DNA of 64,000 nucleotides from Clostridia bacterium. Its GTDB lineage: Bacteria; Bacillota; Clostridia; Oscillospirales; UBA644. Position 1 is the stretch's first letter. Each line of letters begins with the position of its first letter. Of the stretch, positions 52,277 to 60,787 are shown in pieces. The notes beneath the pieces are model-generated. The model saw nothing but the letters and a program-made list of their open reading frames with translations. It did no database searches and was not told the DNA's origin. The DNA is taken from the NCBI GenBank assembly GCA_017427285.1, contig JAFRTE010000031.1, positions 64,117 through 128,116 on the forward strand, written 5' to 3'. The position numbers and the translations under genes are program-made.

Positions 52277-53857
52277 TTATTCCTCCGCGCCATACATGCC
52301 TTTCAAAGCATCGACCAGCTCATCCTCAGAGGAAGCTTCTGCCGGAGAATCGTCCTCTTCGGAATCGTCCTCTTCGTCGTCTCCGTACTCTCCGTCGTAA
52401 AGCTCATCGTCCTCGTCATCCTCGTCGTCCTGGCCGTCATCTGCTCTGTAAAGTTCAGACGTTCCGTCCTTTATGGCTTTCTCTTCGTCTGACATTTCAT
52501 AGCCGAGATCACAGAGAAGCCCGTAAATGAGATCCAGTGCGTCATTTTCCTTGTGCTTCGGAAGATTGCCGTTTTTGAGCTCGTAGTCATAAGCCTGAAA
52601 ATAGTTCTGCGTCTCGTTGTCCCCGAGAAAGACGAGAAGGATCCTCGGGATCAGGCTGTCGTTTTGCTCGAATTTTTGGAGCAGTATGTTGTCCCGCTCG
52701 TTATAATCTTTGCGGAATTCGTCGAGATCAAGTTCGAACGCTTCTGCGAGGCTCTCGGCACGTCCGTTTTGAAGCCAGTGCACGATTTGATACATCATCA
52801 CCTTTGCCGCCCATTTAAGCAGAATGGGCTTGTTCTTCTGTGTCACAGAAACCGTTTTCACAAAGTCCTGACGAAGCTTGAAGTGGATAGCCGCCGCCTC
52901 TTTCAGCTTTTCTGCAGCCTCCCGCGCCACTCTTTCTTTTTCGATTTCTTCTTCGGATCGTTTTACCGGGGCTGCCTTTTCTCGCTTTGTATAGAAGTCC
53001 AGTCTGCCGGAGCTCTCGTCGAGGTAGTAGAAGAGCTTCTTGTCGGTCGGCAACTGAAACTCAGATCCGTCCCATTCGTCAATGCTTATCCTGTTGCCAA
53101 CGTGGTCATAGTTGCCTCCGTAGGTCTCTGAATAATTGATCTTGTTTGCGTGGAGCGCTTTGATCTTTTCGCGGATGGTCGGAAGATTTTTCGATATGTT
53201 CTGCTTTTTGATCGCATATTCAACAGCGTTGTTGAAGTTGCTCGTTCCGATTGTCGCAAGGACCTCGTTCCGTTTTGCCAGATCTTCAATCTTGGCGAGG
53301 CGGTCGAAGTCAAAAAGCGACATCTGCCGATCAGACACACTTTTCAGCGTTTCCGCGTCCAGTTCTGCCATCTTCAAACGGCGGCGTATCGTGGTCTTGG
53401 AGAAGCCGGTCTTTTCGGCAACGGTGTCAATGGTATCGCCGAAGTCCATCATCATCTGGAAACCAAGCGCCTGCTCGTAGACGGTCAGATCGTTGCGCTG
53501 CATATTTTCAAGCAGCATCGTCTGGACCTGCTCAGCCGGTGTCATCTTGGCGATGATGCAGGGGAGTGTTTCGAGCCCCGCGGCTTTGGCAGCCTCAAGA
53601 CGTCTGTTCCCAATGACTACGAGATAACCCATTTCTGCCTGCTGCTTCGGATCGTCGCAGCCGACGCCGGTGAGTTTGAACCAGTACGGGACGACAGTCA
53701 GATTCTGGAGAACGCCTTTCGCCTTGATGCTGTCAGTCAGTTCGGTAAGGTCGCCGAGATCCTTTCTGGGATTGTCGTGATGATGGTGTAACAGGTTTAC
53801 GGGGATCTGAACGATCTCTCCCGTGACTTCTTCTGTGTATTTGAATTCTGTACTCAT
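52277..53857 (-). CDS. ParB/Spo0J-N-domain protein with long C-terminal region and poly-acidic tail
   Basis: 526 aa. HDNPRKDLGDL, VVIGNRRLEAAKAAG and the HTH TGFSKTTIRRRL. The C-terminus is DDGQDDEDDEDDE... Confidence 0.75.
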   Translation of the reverse strand: MSTEFKYTEEVTGEIVQIPVNLLHHHHDNPRKDLGDLTELTDSIKAKGVLQNLTVVPYWFKLTGVGCDDPKQQAEMGYLVVIGNRRLEAAKAAGLETLPCIIAKMTPAEQVQTMLLENMQRNDLTVYEQALGFQMMMDFGDTIDTVAEKTGFSKTTIRRRLKMAELDAETLKSVSDRQMSLFDFDRLAKIEDLAKRNEVLATIGTSNFNNAVEYAIKKQNISKNLPTIREKIKALHANKINYSETYGGNYDHVGNRISIDEWDGSEFQLPTDKKLFYYLDESSGRLDFYTKREKAAPVKRSEEEIEKERVAREAAEKLKEAAAIHFKLRQDFVKTVSVTQKNKPILLKWAAKVMMYQIVHWLQNGRAESLAEAFELDLDEFRKDYNERDNILLQKFEQNDSLIPRILLVFLGDNETQNYFQAYDYELKNGNLPKHKENDALDLIYGLLCDLGYEMSDEEKAIKDGTSELYRADDGQDDEDDEDDELYDGEYGDDEEDDSEEDDSPAEASSEDELVDALKGMYGAEE

Positions 53858-53895
53858 GATTTGCTCCTTTCGTTTCCCTGTGCGCCGGGACGGCG

Positions 53896-54312
53896 TTATT
53901 TTGCTTCTTGGAGAATTACAACCGTCCGAGGATCGGTTGAATAGAATTTACGGACCATCGCGTCAACGATGCATTTGTCGTCGTCATACGCGATGCCGTT
54001 CAGCGCGTCGGCTACGAGCTTTCCGATGTTATCCCAGTCAGGCTTGACGGTTGGCCTGATCTCTCCGGAGATCATCTTCAAGCGGTCTGCCTTTGTCGCG
54101 CTCTTGGGTATTTTGAGGTATGCCAGCACTCTGATGTCAACATAGGTTTTCGGCGGAAAGCGGAAACTCCGGCATTGCTGACGGTACGCCCACGCGATCA
54201 GCTGCTCATGCTCCCGCGTTTGTTGCTGCGTATAAATCGCTCCCGTTTTCTTGTTATTGCCTGTTCGTTGCCATCCGAGTGGCTTCCCTCTGACGGTAAA
54301 ACTAATTTTCAT
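53896..54312 (-). CDS. rusA: Holliday junction resolvase RusA
   Basis: Start at the ATG at 54312, giving 138 aa. RGKPLGWQR...KPDWDNIGKLVADALNGIAYDDD. Confidence 0.8.
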   Translation of the reverse strand: MKISFTVRGKPLGWQRTGNNKKTGAIYTQQQTREHEQLIAWAYRQQCRSFRFPPKTYVDIRVLAYLKIPKSATKADRLKMISGEIRPTVKPDWDNIGKLVADALNGIAYDDDKCIVDAMVRKFYSTDPRTVVILQEAK

Positions 54313-54955
54313 AAGGATTCGGGAGACTGAAATCCCAGTAGTCTTTGCTGAGAAATTCTTCTGTGAAGTAGTTATGTACGCCATCCCCTACGAAGTAGAT
54401 ATAGGACTTCGGGAGCACTCTCCCGACATCCTCTTCGCCTTCCTTTTCGAGATGCCACTTTGCCAGAACGTCCTCTGCGATTGCTTTCAGCGCCGGCAGT
54501 ACAGGATAGTCTTCATCGTACCCGTGGAATTGCCTCGGTTGCGTGATGACTTCCATCACGGTGTTCGGGTAGTATCTGCTGTCAACGCGATTCAGCACGC
54601 ACCAAGCGACCGCCGCCTGCTCCATCTGAGACTTCACGCCTCGGCATTCGCCATACAACGTACGCGCCAGGGCGTTCACTTCGTCCGGATCCGGCGCCCA
54701 CGGTGTAGGCTCTTCGACCGGCTCTGCAATCTCGGATGCCTCCACCACCGGCGAAACGGCCGGCAGAGTGTTGTCCGGAATTACTGTTGTCGCATCTATC
54801 TCGACGTTAATTGCTTTCGACGCCGAGTTGGCAATCGTGATCATGGCGACCGTGAGAATTACCGCGGCAATTCCCACAATGCCAATGCCCATGACTTTCC
54901 GCGCCGCCTGCGGCGTGATGTGAAACCGTTTGCTTATTTGTTCAGCCATTTTCAT
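54302..54955 (-). CDS. membrane-anchored cell wall hydrolase (SleB/Hydrolase_2-like)
   Basis: 217 aa with an N-terminal TM helix. LARTLYGECRG...AVAWCVLNRV...QPRQFHGY. Confidence 0.7.
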   Translation of the reverse strand: MKMAEQISKRFHITPQAARKVMGIGIVGIAAVILTVAMITIANSASKAINVEIDATTVIPDNTLPAVSPVVEASEIAEPVEEPTPWAPDPDEVNALARTLYGECRGVKSQMEQAAVAWCVLNRVDSRYYPNTVMEVITQPRQFHGYDEDYPVLPALKAIAEDVLAKWHLEKEGEEDVGRVLPKSYIYFVGDGVHNYFTEEFLSKDYWDFSLPNPYEN

Positions 54956-55613
54956 TGCCTCCTAACAACTTCTTTTCTTCCGCTCTGGCTCGGAGCGCTT
55001 TGATGTCCCGATTCATGAGGTTATCCCATAGTTCATCTTGGTCTCTGCGTTTCTGGTGTGCCGCTTCGATCTGACGGTACGCTTCGCCGCCGAGGACTTT
55101 CTCGGTCTTGCTCACCGCTTCTGAAATCATCTTCGGCAGCATCGCCTTTTCGCGCTCGCGCTCATACATCGGAGTGTACTGTGAAATAAATGTCACGCGA
55201 TCCATACCGGGCTTATACCCGCCATGTGCTCCGCGGTGCATTTCTTTCAGATGATCCCACCCAATTGTCTCGACGCACCGCGCGACGAGAGGCGGGAGCA
55301 TATGCGATTGATCGCCGTATCCGCTCGAATAGAGCAGATCGCTTACAGCCGCCCACGCCACATCCGGGGGAATGATCTCCGGATGTTCGAGCGTGACCAT
55401 CTGATCTCTGATCTCCGCGATGTTCGGCGGCCATTTGTTTGTTGCTATATGCTTCTGCACGGCAAGCTCAACGAGCCGCGGGTTATCATCTTTGAAGATG
55501 TTCGCCCAGACTTCCACCATCGCTGTGATCGTGTTCTCGTCTTTCAGCTTCTCGGCGGCGGGGTATGCCATGACGATCAGCGTCACGACCTTAACCGTTT
55601 CCTGTTTCGTCAT
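54942..55613 (-). CDS. helicase loader/inhibitor (SPP1 G39P-like)
   Basis: Start at the ATG at 55613, giving 223 aa. VEVWANIFKDDNPRLVELAVQKHIATNKWPPNIAEI. Confidence 0.6.
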   Translation of the reverse strand: MTKQETVKVVTLIVMAYPAAEKLKDENTITAMVEVWANIFKDDNPRLVELAVQKHIATNKWPPNIAEIRDQMVTLEHPEIIPPDVAWAAVSDLLYSSGYGDQSHMLPPLVARCVETIGWDHLKEMHRGAHGGYKPGMDRVTFISQYTPMYEREREKAMLPKMISEAVSKTEKVLGGEAYRQIEAAHQKRRDQDELWDNLMNRDIKALRARAEEKKLLGGNENG

Positions 55614-56478
55614 TTCCTGCCTCCTCGTACATCTTGGCGAGAGTCCCGAATACGCCTGTAGGTCTGTACTCTCCCGCGGAGCGGTCATCGTATTTGTGCT
55701 CAAGGATCTTCGTGAAGTTCGACGGCTTCATCATCCAGTCGAAATCCGCTGACCAGTTACGGTCGTTCTGCCCTTTCAAAAACGGGGACGCTTCCGCGAT
55801 CCTGAACAGTTCCTCGAACGTGTCAAGGGATCTGTTTGTTCTCCACCGAGCAGCTACGGCTTTTCGCCTGCTTCCGTCGATGGCTTTGATTGTTGGGTAT
55901 GAGATACAGATTGAGTGGTACAGGTCTCTGATCTTGGCGAAGGGACACTCTGCCTGCGAAGCAGTTAGAGTATTCTCTCCGTCTTCTTCTGAATCTCTTT
56001 CTATATCTCTTTCTTCTTCTGTATCTTCTCTTGTTCTGTCTCCGTTACGTAACGTTACTGTAACGTTACTGTCACCGTTACTTTCTGCAAGAAGCCGTTG
56101 CTTTTCGCGGTATCTTTGAACGCGTTTTCGCGTTGCTTCTCTTGCTTGCTCAATACTCTCGAGATTCTGATGCTTACTCCAATTTGGAATGGTGATTGTA
56201 TTGTCAATAATCTCGATCATTCCATACTTTTCAAAAGTTTTCAGAGCGAGCCGCACGGTATTCAACGGACGGTGAAAGATCGTTGCAAGCATTTCGTCCG
56301 TGTATGCGATCTTGTCACTGATCATGAACACGCCGCCGTTGTTCTGCTTTCCGGCGAGACACAGGAGTTTGAACCATATCACGATAATTGCATCGTGCTC
56401 CGGCAGACCGTCGATCAGAAGCATTTTTTCGTCGTCAAAGATGTCTGTGACTATCTTGATCCATTTGACTTCTGCCAT
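55591..56478 (-). CDS. phage replisome organiser (N-terminal organiser domain + DnaD-like C-terminus)
   Basis: Start at the ATG at 56478, giving 295 aa. VKWIKIVTDIFDDEKM...WFKLLCLAGK. Confidence 0.75.
   Translation of the reverse strand: MAEVKWIKIVTDIFDDEKMLLIDGLPEHDAIIVIWFKLLCLAGKQNNGGVFMISDKIAYTDEMLATIFHRPLNTVRLALKTFEKYGMIEIIDNTITIPNWSKHQNLESIEQAREATRKRVQRYREKQRLLAESNGDSNVTVTLRNGDRTREDTEEERDIERDSEEDGENTLTASQAECPFAKIRDLYHSICISYPTIKAIDGSRRKAVAARWRTNRSLDTFEELFRIAEASPFLKGQNDRNWSADFDWMMKPSNFTKILEHKYDDRSAGEYRPTGVFGTLAKMYEEAGNDETGNG
55975..56085 (-). repeat. candidate replication origin: four GTAACG-type iterons plus strand-asymmetric purine-rich tract inside the organiser gene
   Basis: Sense AGTAACGGTGAC AGTAACGTTAC AGTAACGTTAC GTAACGGAGAC (56082-56036), followed by an A/G-rich tract (56035-55975). 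Confidence 0.5.
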
Positions 56479-56534
56479 GTTGTCACCACCTTCCCGGGAT
56501 AGGCCGCCCCCTTTCGGGGGCAGCCGTTTTCCCA

Positions 56535-56951
56535 TTAGAACGGCAGATCGTCATCCGGTGACAGTTCTTCGAGCTGCTGCGGCGCTTCTGCCGGCGCCGG
56601 AGTAAACGATCCCTGCTCAGAAGCATTCTTGCTCTCGACAAAGTTTGCCTCATCCGCAACGACCTCGGTCGCGTATCTCTTGCCACCGTTCTGATCCGTC
56701 CACGAGCGCGTCTGGATCGAGCCGGTCACGCAGAGCGGGGAGCCCTTGCGGAAATACCGTGTGATGAATTCCGCAGTCTGACGCCATGCGATGACGGTTA
56801 TGAAATCGGTCTTCTTCTCGGCGTCTTTCGCAGCCTTGCGATCGACCGCCAGGGAAAAGGATGTGACGGAAAGACCGCTCGTCGTCGTTTTGAGTTCCGG
56901 ATCGCCCGTGAGCCTGCCGGCAAGGATGATCTTGTTCAGATTGAGGCTCAT
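56535..56951 (-). CDS. ssb: single-stranded DNA-binding protein
   Basis: 138 aa with an OB-fold N-terminus and a C-terminal DDDLPF tip. Confidence 0.9.
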   Translation of the reverse strand: MSLNLNKIILAGRLTGDPELKTTTSGLSVTSFSLAVDRKAAKDAEKKTDFITVIAWRQTAEFITRYFRKGSPLCVTGSIQTRSWTDQNGGKRYATEVVADEANFVESKNASEQGSFTPAPAEAPQQLEELSPDDDLPF

Positions 56952-57226
56952 TCCTTGTCATCCCCCTCGTCTGCCGGGATGTACTTTCCGGCGATTGCGG
57001 CGAGCGTCTTAAACTCATAGGGCTTTGTCTGATTGATGACGCGGCAGAGGATCTCCAGCGTCGCTTCCGCTTTGACGAGCTCCTCGTAGCGTTCCTGCGG
57101 GATTTTTACGGTCGGGCGCAGAATGATGTCGATGTCGCCTTCCTTCAGTTCTTCGATGCCTTCGCCCCAGTCGAAGTCTTCCTCTTTTGCGGTGGTGTTC
57201 TTATTGATCTTCTTGGTGTCTTCCAT
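56948..57226 (-). CDS. hypothetical acidic protein
   Basis: Only the last 92 codons of track ORF 56948..57859 are kept. The ATG is at 57226, with an ATGA overlap with ssb. Confidence 0.45.
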   Translation of the reverse strand: MEDTKKINKNTTAKEEDFDWGEGIEELKEGDIDIILRPTVKIPQERYEELVKAEATLEILCRVINQTKPYEFKTLAAIAGKYIPADEGDDKE

Positions 57227-57231
57227 GGTAT

Positions 57232-57786
57232 TTATCCTTTCTTGGGCGCCTGAGCCCACAATGATTTGATTTGTTCGATTTGTTCCGGTGTTTCGGTCGG
57301 AATGCCGAGCGCCTTGCAATCTTCCACGAGATTGTCGATCAGCCGGGACATCTGCTTCGTGTTGTACCGGGATGAGCCGTAATAACAGCGGATTGTCACT
57401 TTTTCGCCGTCCCGCGAAAAGTCCACTTGTTCCGTTACCCATCCGGTGCCGAGCATTCCCCACGCCGTCCGTAGCGTTTTCGCTTCGTCCTGAGAGAGAT
57501 TCGAGAAGTCCCTGAATATCCCGATCTCCCGGATCGCCGCGCGGTAAACCTCTTCTTTGGTCTGTTTCACGTCCTCGTCGGCGAGCTTGTCCGCGATCTT
57601 CTCGCACAGGACCCAGCAGTACGCATTCGCGTCGAGCGACCGTTTCTGCCGGTACCGTTTTATCTCCACATCGACGTCGAAGTCTTTCAGCGAATCGAAC
57701 GCTTCCGTGAAATCGGTCTTGGTGGAAAAACTGATGATCTGCTCGCCGGACCGTGTGAACGTGATGTCTTTGAGTTTGCCGATCAT
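57232..57786 (-). CDS. NinB/Orf-like recombination mediator (tentative)
   Basis: 184 aa. RSLDANAYCWVL resembles the lambda NinB RSLDQN motif. Confidence 0.5.
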   Translation of the reverse strand: MIGKLKDITFTRSGEQIISFSTKTDFTEAFDSLKDFDVDVEIKRYRQKRSLDANAYCWVLCEKIADKLADEDVKQTKEEVYRAAIREIGIFRDFSNLSQDEAKTLRTAWGMLGTGWVTEQVDFSRDGEKVTIRCYYGSSRYNTKQMSRLIDNLVEDCKALGIPTETPEQIEQIKSLWAQAPKKG

Positions 57787-58433
57787 TCCAGTTCCTCTCT
57801 ATGACAATGCATATACACATACTCTCCGGATCTCCCAATGTTTCGGTATATGAAATCATCGCATTTTGCCTTTGAAAGATGATTTCTTATGACTTGAAGC
57901 TCGTATGCATATTCTCCGTTCTCCTGCTTTGCCTTAATCTTTTCTTGGATTTCAGCATCTTCGTAATTTGCCTCTATCAAGTACAAATCGTAGTCGCGGG
58001 CGGTAATGCCATTGAGATTGTTCGTATCTGTCGCGTATATTACTTTGCCAATTGGAAAATGAATCTTATATCCGCAATTTGGAACATTGTGAACAAGCGG
58101 AAACTGAATGATGTTGCATATCCCGTAGTTGTACATAATTCCAAAGTCGAGGACATCTATGTTTTCCTTTGCCACACCACACTCTACAACCGCTTGCGCC
58201 AACCACTTTCCGCAGGCAAATCGCAAAGTTGGTCGCTCCTGCGCAAGCATCCTTATCGCTGTCTTGTGGAAGTGATCAGAATGAATATGCGTCAAAAGAA
58301 CAAGTTTGAAGTCCTTATAGTACGGTTGCAACGCCTTAAAATTTACCCCACAGTCAATCAGAATGCTTTTGTTCACAACAACTGCGTTTCCGCACGATCC
58401 GGTTGAAATGATCTTATACGGTACCTTAGACAT
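57783..58433 (-). CDS. MBL-fold metallo-hydrolase
   Basis: 216 aa. LTHIHSDH motif. Confidence 0.75.
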   Translation of the reverse strand: MSKVPYKIISTGSCGNAVVVNKSILIDCGVNFKALQPYYKDFKLVLLTHIHSDHFHKTAIRMLAQERPTLRFACGKWLAQAVVECGVAKENIDVLDFGIMYNYGICNIIQFPLVHNVPNCGYKIHFPIGKVIYATDTNNLNGITARDYDLYLIEANYEDAEIQEKIKAKQENGEYAYELQVIRNHLSKAKCDDFIYRNIGRSGEYVYMHCHREELE

Positions 58434-59349
58434 TGTTCAGATCAATCTTTTCTACTGCATCTGTGGCTTCCGGGAGAATCGGAGTTCCGGCAGGGATTAC
58501 CTCAGGCTTTTCATCGGAGGCGACAAAGTTTCCGTCTGTATCCATTTCTACCGGAGAGGCATCTTTCTCAAAAGCACTTTGAAGCTCTGTAGACATCACA
58601 CCCCATCTGCTGATAATCTGGCGAAGCATTGTCTTTTTTGCCATATCGTCGAAGTCTTTGTACCAGAACGAAGAATACTTCCACATATCCTTATCTGCGA
58701 TTTCGCCGTTGAGAATTTTTTGATATGCAGCGGCTGAAAACGCAGGACTGTATTTGTCGGCGTGTATCAGCATTTTTTCTTTCGACCAGTACAAGATTTT
58801 CTGATACCCGTTGAGATATTCAAACATAGCGGCATATCCGATGGTCTTCGCAGTCTCTCGTTGCTCATCATCTTCAATCCAGTTGCAGGTCAATTCCTCA
58901 GTGAAAGGGTTGTACTTTACGTACTCGCCTTCTTTTACTGCGATGACATTCAGATGCTTGTAATAACCGCTTCTGAGTGCGAGTTGGATATATCCTTTGT
59001 ACCCAAGAACAAACTGGGCTTTTTTGGTCTTTACTACATCGCCATTTTCGTCGCGAAGCGCTTTTCCGTCTCGCCCCTTAACCGTAACATCAAACGGAAC
59101 AAGATAAAATTGGCCGAGTTGAGGCGAGGGCGAGAGATTCAAACTTTCTCCAAGAAGCGCGCCAGCGAGGATTGATCCGGCTTCGCATTCCTGCAATGTA
59201 GGATTTACGGCTACTGCCGATGTGATTGTTGCAACAAATCTCTTTGCCCTTTCTGGATCTCCGAGAGTGTTGCGGATTAGGTTTTGATAGCTTGGCGTAG
59301 CAATCGCTACAGAGAACTTCGGCTTTTGCGATTCATTACTGCTGGTCAT
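58426..59349 (-). CDS. recT: RecT-family single-strand annealing recombinase
   Basis: 307 aa. RFVATITSAV...LGESLNLSPSPQLGQFYLVPF. Confidence 0.8.
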   Translation of the reverse strand: MTSSNESQKPKFSVAIATPSYQNLIRNTLGDPERAKRFVATITSAVAVNPTLQECEAGSILAGALLGESLNLSPSPQLGQFYLVPFDVTVKGRDGKALRDENGDVVKTKKAQFVLGYKGYIQLALRSGYYKHLNVIAVKEGEYVKYNPFTEELTCNWIEDDEQRETAKTIGYAAMFEYLNGYQKILYWSKEKMLIHADKYSPAFSAAAYQKILNGEIADKDMWKYSSFWYKDFDDMAKKTMLRQIISRWGVMSTELQSAFEKDASPVEMDTDGNFVASDEKPEVIPAGTPILPEATDAVEKIDLNNV

Positions 59350-60217
59350 ACTGATAATCTCCTTTAACTAAGAATTCTTTGAGTGCTTTGATTTTTTCGA
59401 GCGTACCCATTACCGAAAATGTCACCCTATACATCTTAGGGGTAGGTCGATCGTCTTGATCTGGATCAACCATAACCGCTTTCGGAGGGGATGCTGTTTC
59501 AATTGCTTCGTCAACTTTGGCAATCGTTTTTTCTTTTTCTTCTGCAAGAAGTTTATCCGCTTCTTTTCTTCGCTTTTCTTCTTCGATCGCCTTATGCCGA
59601 TTTGAAACAATCGTTATCGCCTGTGCCACATTCAGAGAGGTCTTATACTCCACGAGGATTTCCGAACTGTTCTCTTGTGTCTCGATAAGCAACAGTTCAT
59701 CTGCGACCTTGTCCAGAAAGGCTTTAATCTGCTCGCGTAGACTCTTTTTACTTACGTTCAGCGTAATATTGATTCCAAGACGGTCGAAAGTCAAAAAGTC
59801 TATTTGCTTGCTGACGCAGTATTCCTTAAAAAACGCTTCTGCCTCCGCTCTTTTTTGCTCCTTTAACCCGTCTTCGACCTCTTTGATTTTTGCCGCAAGC
59901 TTCTTATCGCAAGGTGAGTATTTTTCTGTAACGCACTCACGGTATACCTGCTCAAACGCTTCGTATGGTGAAAGAATTGCTTTCTTCGCTTCTTTTCTCT
60001 TGGCTTCAAGCGCATTGAAAACCTTTGTAAGTTCGGCGCGCTTCTTTCTTACGACTTGAAGGGTTTCTTCAGTGCAGGCAAGCGACAAAGCTTCTCTTGC
60101 TTCAATCTCAAAACGATCTTTTATCGCCCTGAGCTGCTGTTCGATAACAGGAAGTTGTTTGACTACAATCAGCCCATCTTCCTGAATATCTTGACCTGTG
60201 TTTTTTGCCTCTTCCAT
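59336..60217 (-). CDS. DUF1351-like phage protein
   Basis: Start at the ATG at 60217, giving 293 aa, helical. This is the usual partner upstream of recT. Confidence 0.55.
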   Translation of the reverse strand: MEEAKNTGQDIQEDGLIVVKQLPVIEQQLRAIKDRFEIEAREALSLACTEETLQVVRKKRAELTKVFNALEAKRKEAKKAILSPYEAFEQVYRECVTEKYSPCDKKLAAKIKEVEDGLKEQKRAEAEAFFKEYCVSKQIDFLTFDRLGINITLNVSKKSLREQIKAFLDKVADELLLIETQENSSEILVEYKTSLNVAQAITIVSNRHKAIEEEKRRKEADKLLAEEKEKTIAKVDEAIETASPPKAVMVDPDQDDRPTPKMYRVTFSVMGTLEKIKALKEFLVKGDYQYDQQ

Positions 60218-60243
60218 TTGTTTGCTCCTTTTCGATTTTTTGA

Positions 60244-60783
60244 TTATTGGGATTCTGTCGGCTTCGATTTGAGGTATGCCCTGATCTTGAAAGCGAGCCA
60301 TGCTTGCATGGTATCGAAGCCGTCTTCCTTGATCCGTTTCACGAGCTCCGCGTATTCGTCATCTTCCAGACGGCAGGAAACTTTGCATTTGAGCCGGTGG
60401 CAACCGTCTCGCCGGTGCTTGACCTGTGCGAGCAGTTCCGGCGCGTATTTCGCGAGCAGGGCATCCATCGCCTTTGTTTTGAGGTCGATTCCGTACTCTT
60501 CGCCGTGTTCGCATTTGCTTTGAAGCATCTTGTCAAACTTTGGGTAGAGAGTTCGGACAGTCAAAACCATGTCCTTTGCCGGAAGATTCTTCGAAATCCG
60601 AAGATCTCTTAACGGGTTGCTCTTGATTTTTTCCGTTTTCTGTGCTATACTGATAGAGCGAGATTTGGCATCTTGCTTCGGACTGTTCTGATTGGCGTCG
60701 GGCAGTCCTTTTTCTTTTTGGCAGTCGCACTTTTCTCCGGGGTCAAGGGCAGCGCCGCATATCGGGCACTCCTTGTAAAACAT
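60244..60783 (-). CDS. hypothetical zinc-ribbon protein
   Basis: Start at the ATG at 60783, giving 179 aa. CPICG...CDC. Confidence 0.5.
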   Translation of the reverse strand: MFYKECPICGAALDPGEKCDCQKEKGLPDANQNSPKQDAKSRSISIAQKTEKIKSNPLRDLRISKNLPAKDMVLTVRTLYPKFDKMLQSKCEHGEEYGIDLKTKAMDALLAKYAPELLAQVKHRRDGCHRLKCKVSCRLEDDEYAELVKRIKEDGFDTMQAWLAFKIRAYLKSKPTESQ

Positions 60784-60787
60784 CTTT

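Noticed and set aside
56948-57859. 303-aa Arg-rich minus-strand ORF.
   Set aside because: Most of it overlaps the better-supported NinB-like ORF (57232..57786) in another frame and has Arg/Gly-rich shadow composition. Only the last 92 codons, from the ATG at 57226, are retained as a likely gene.
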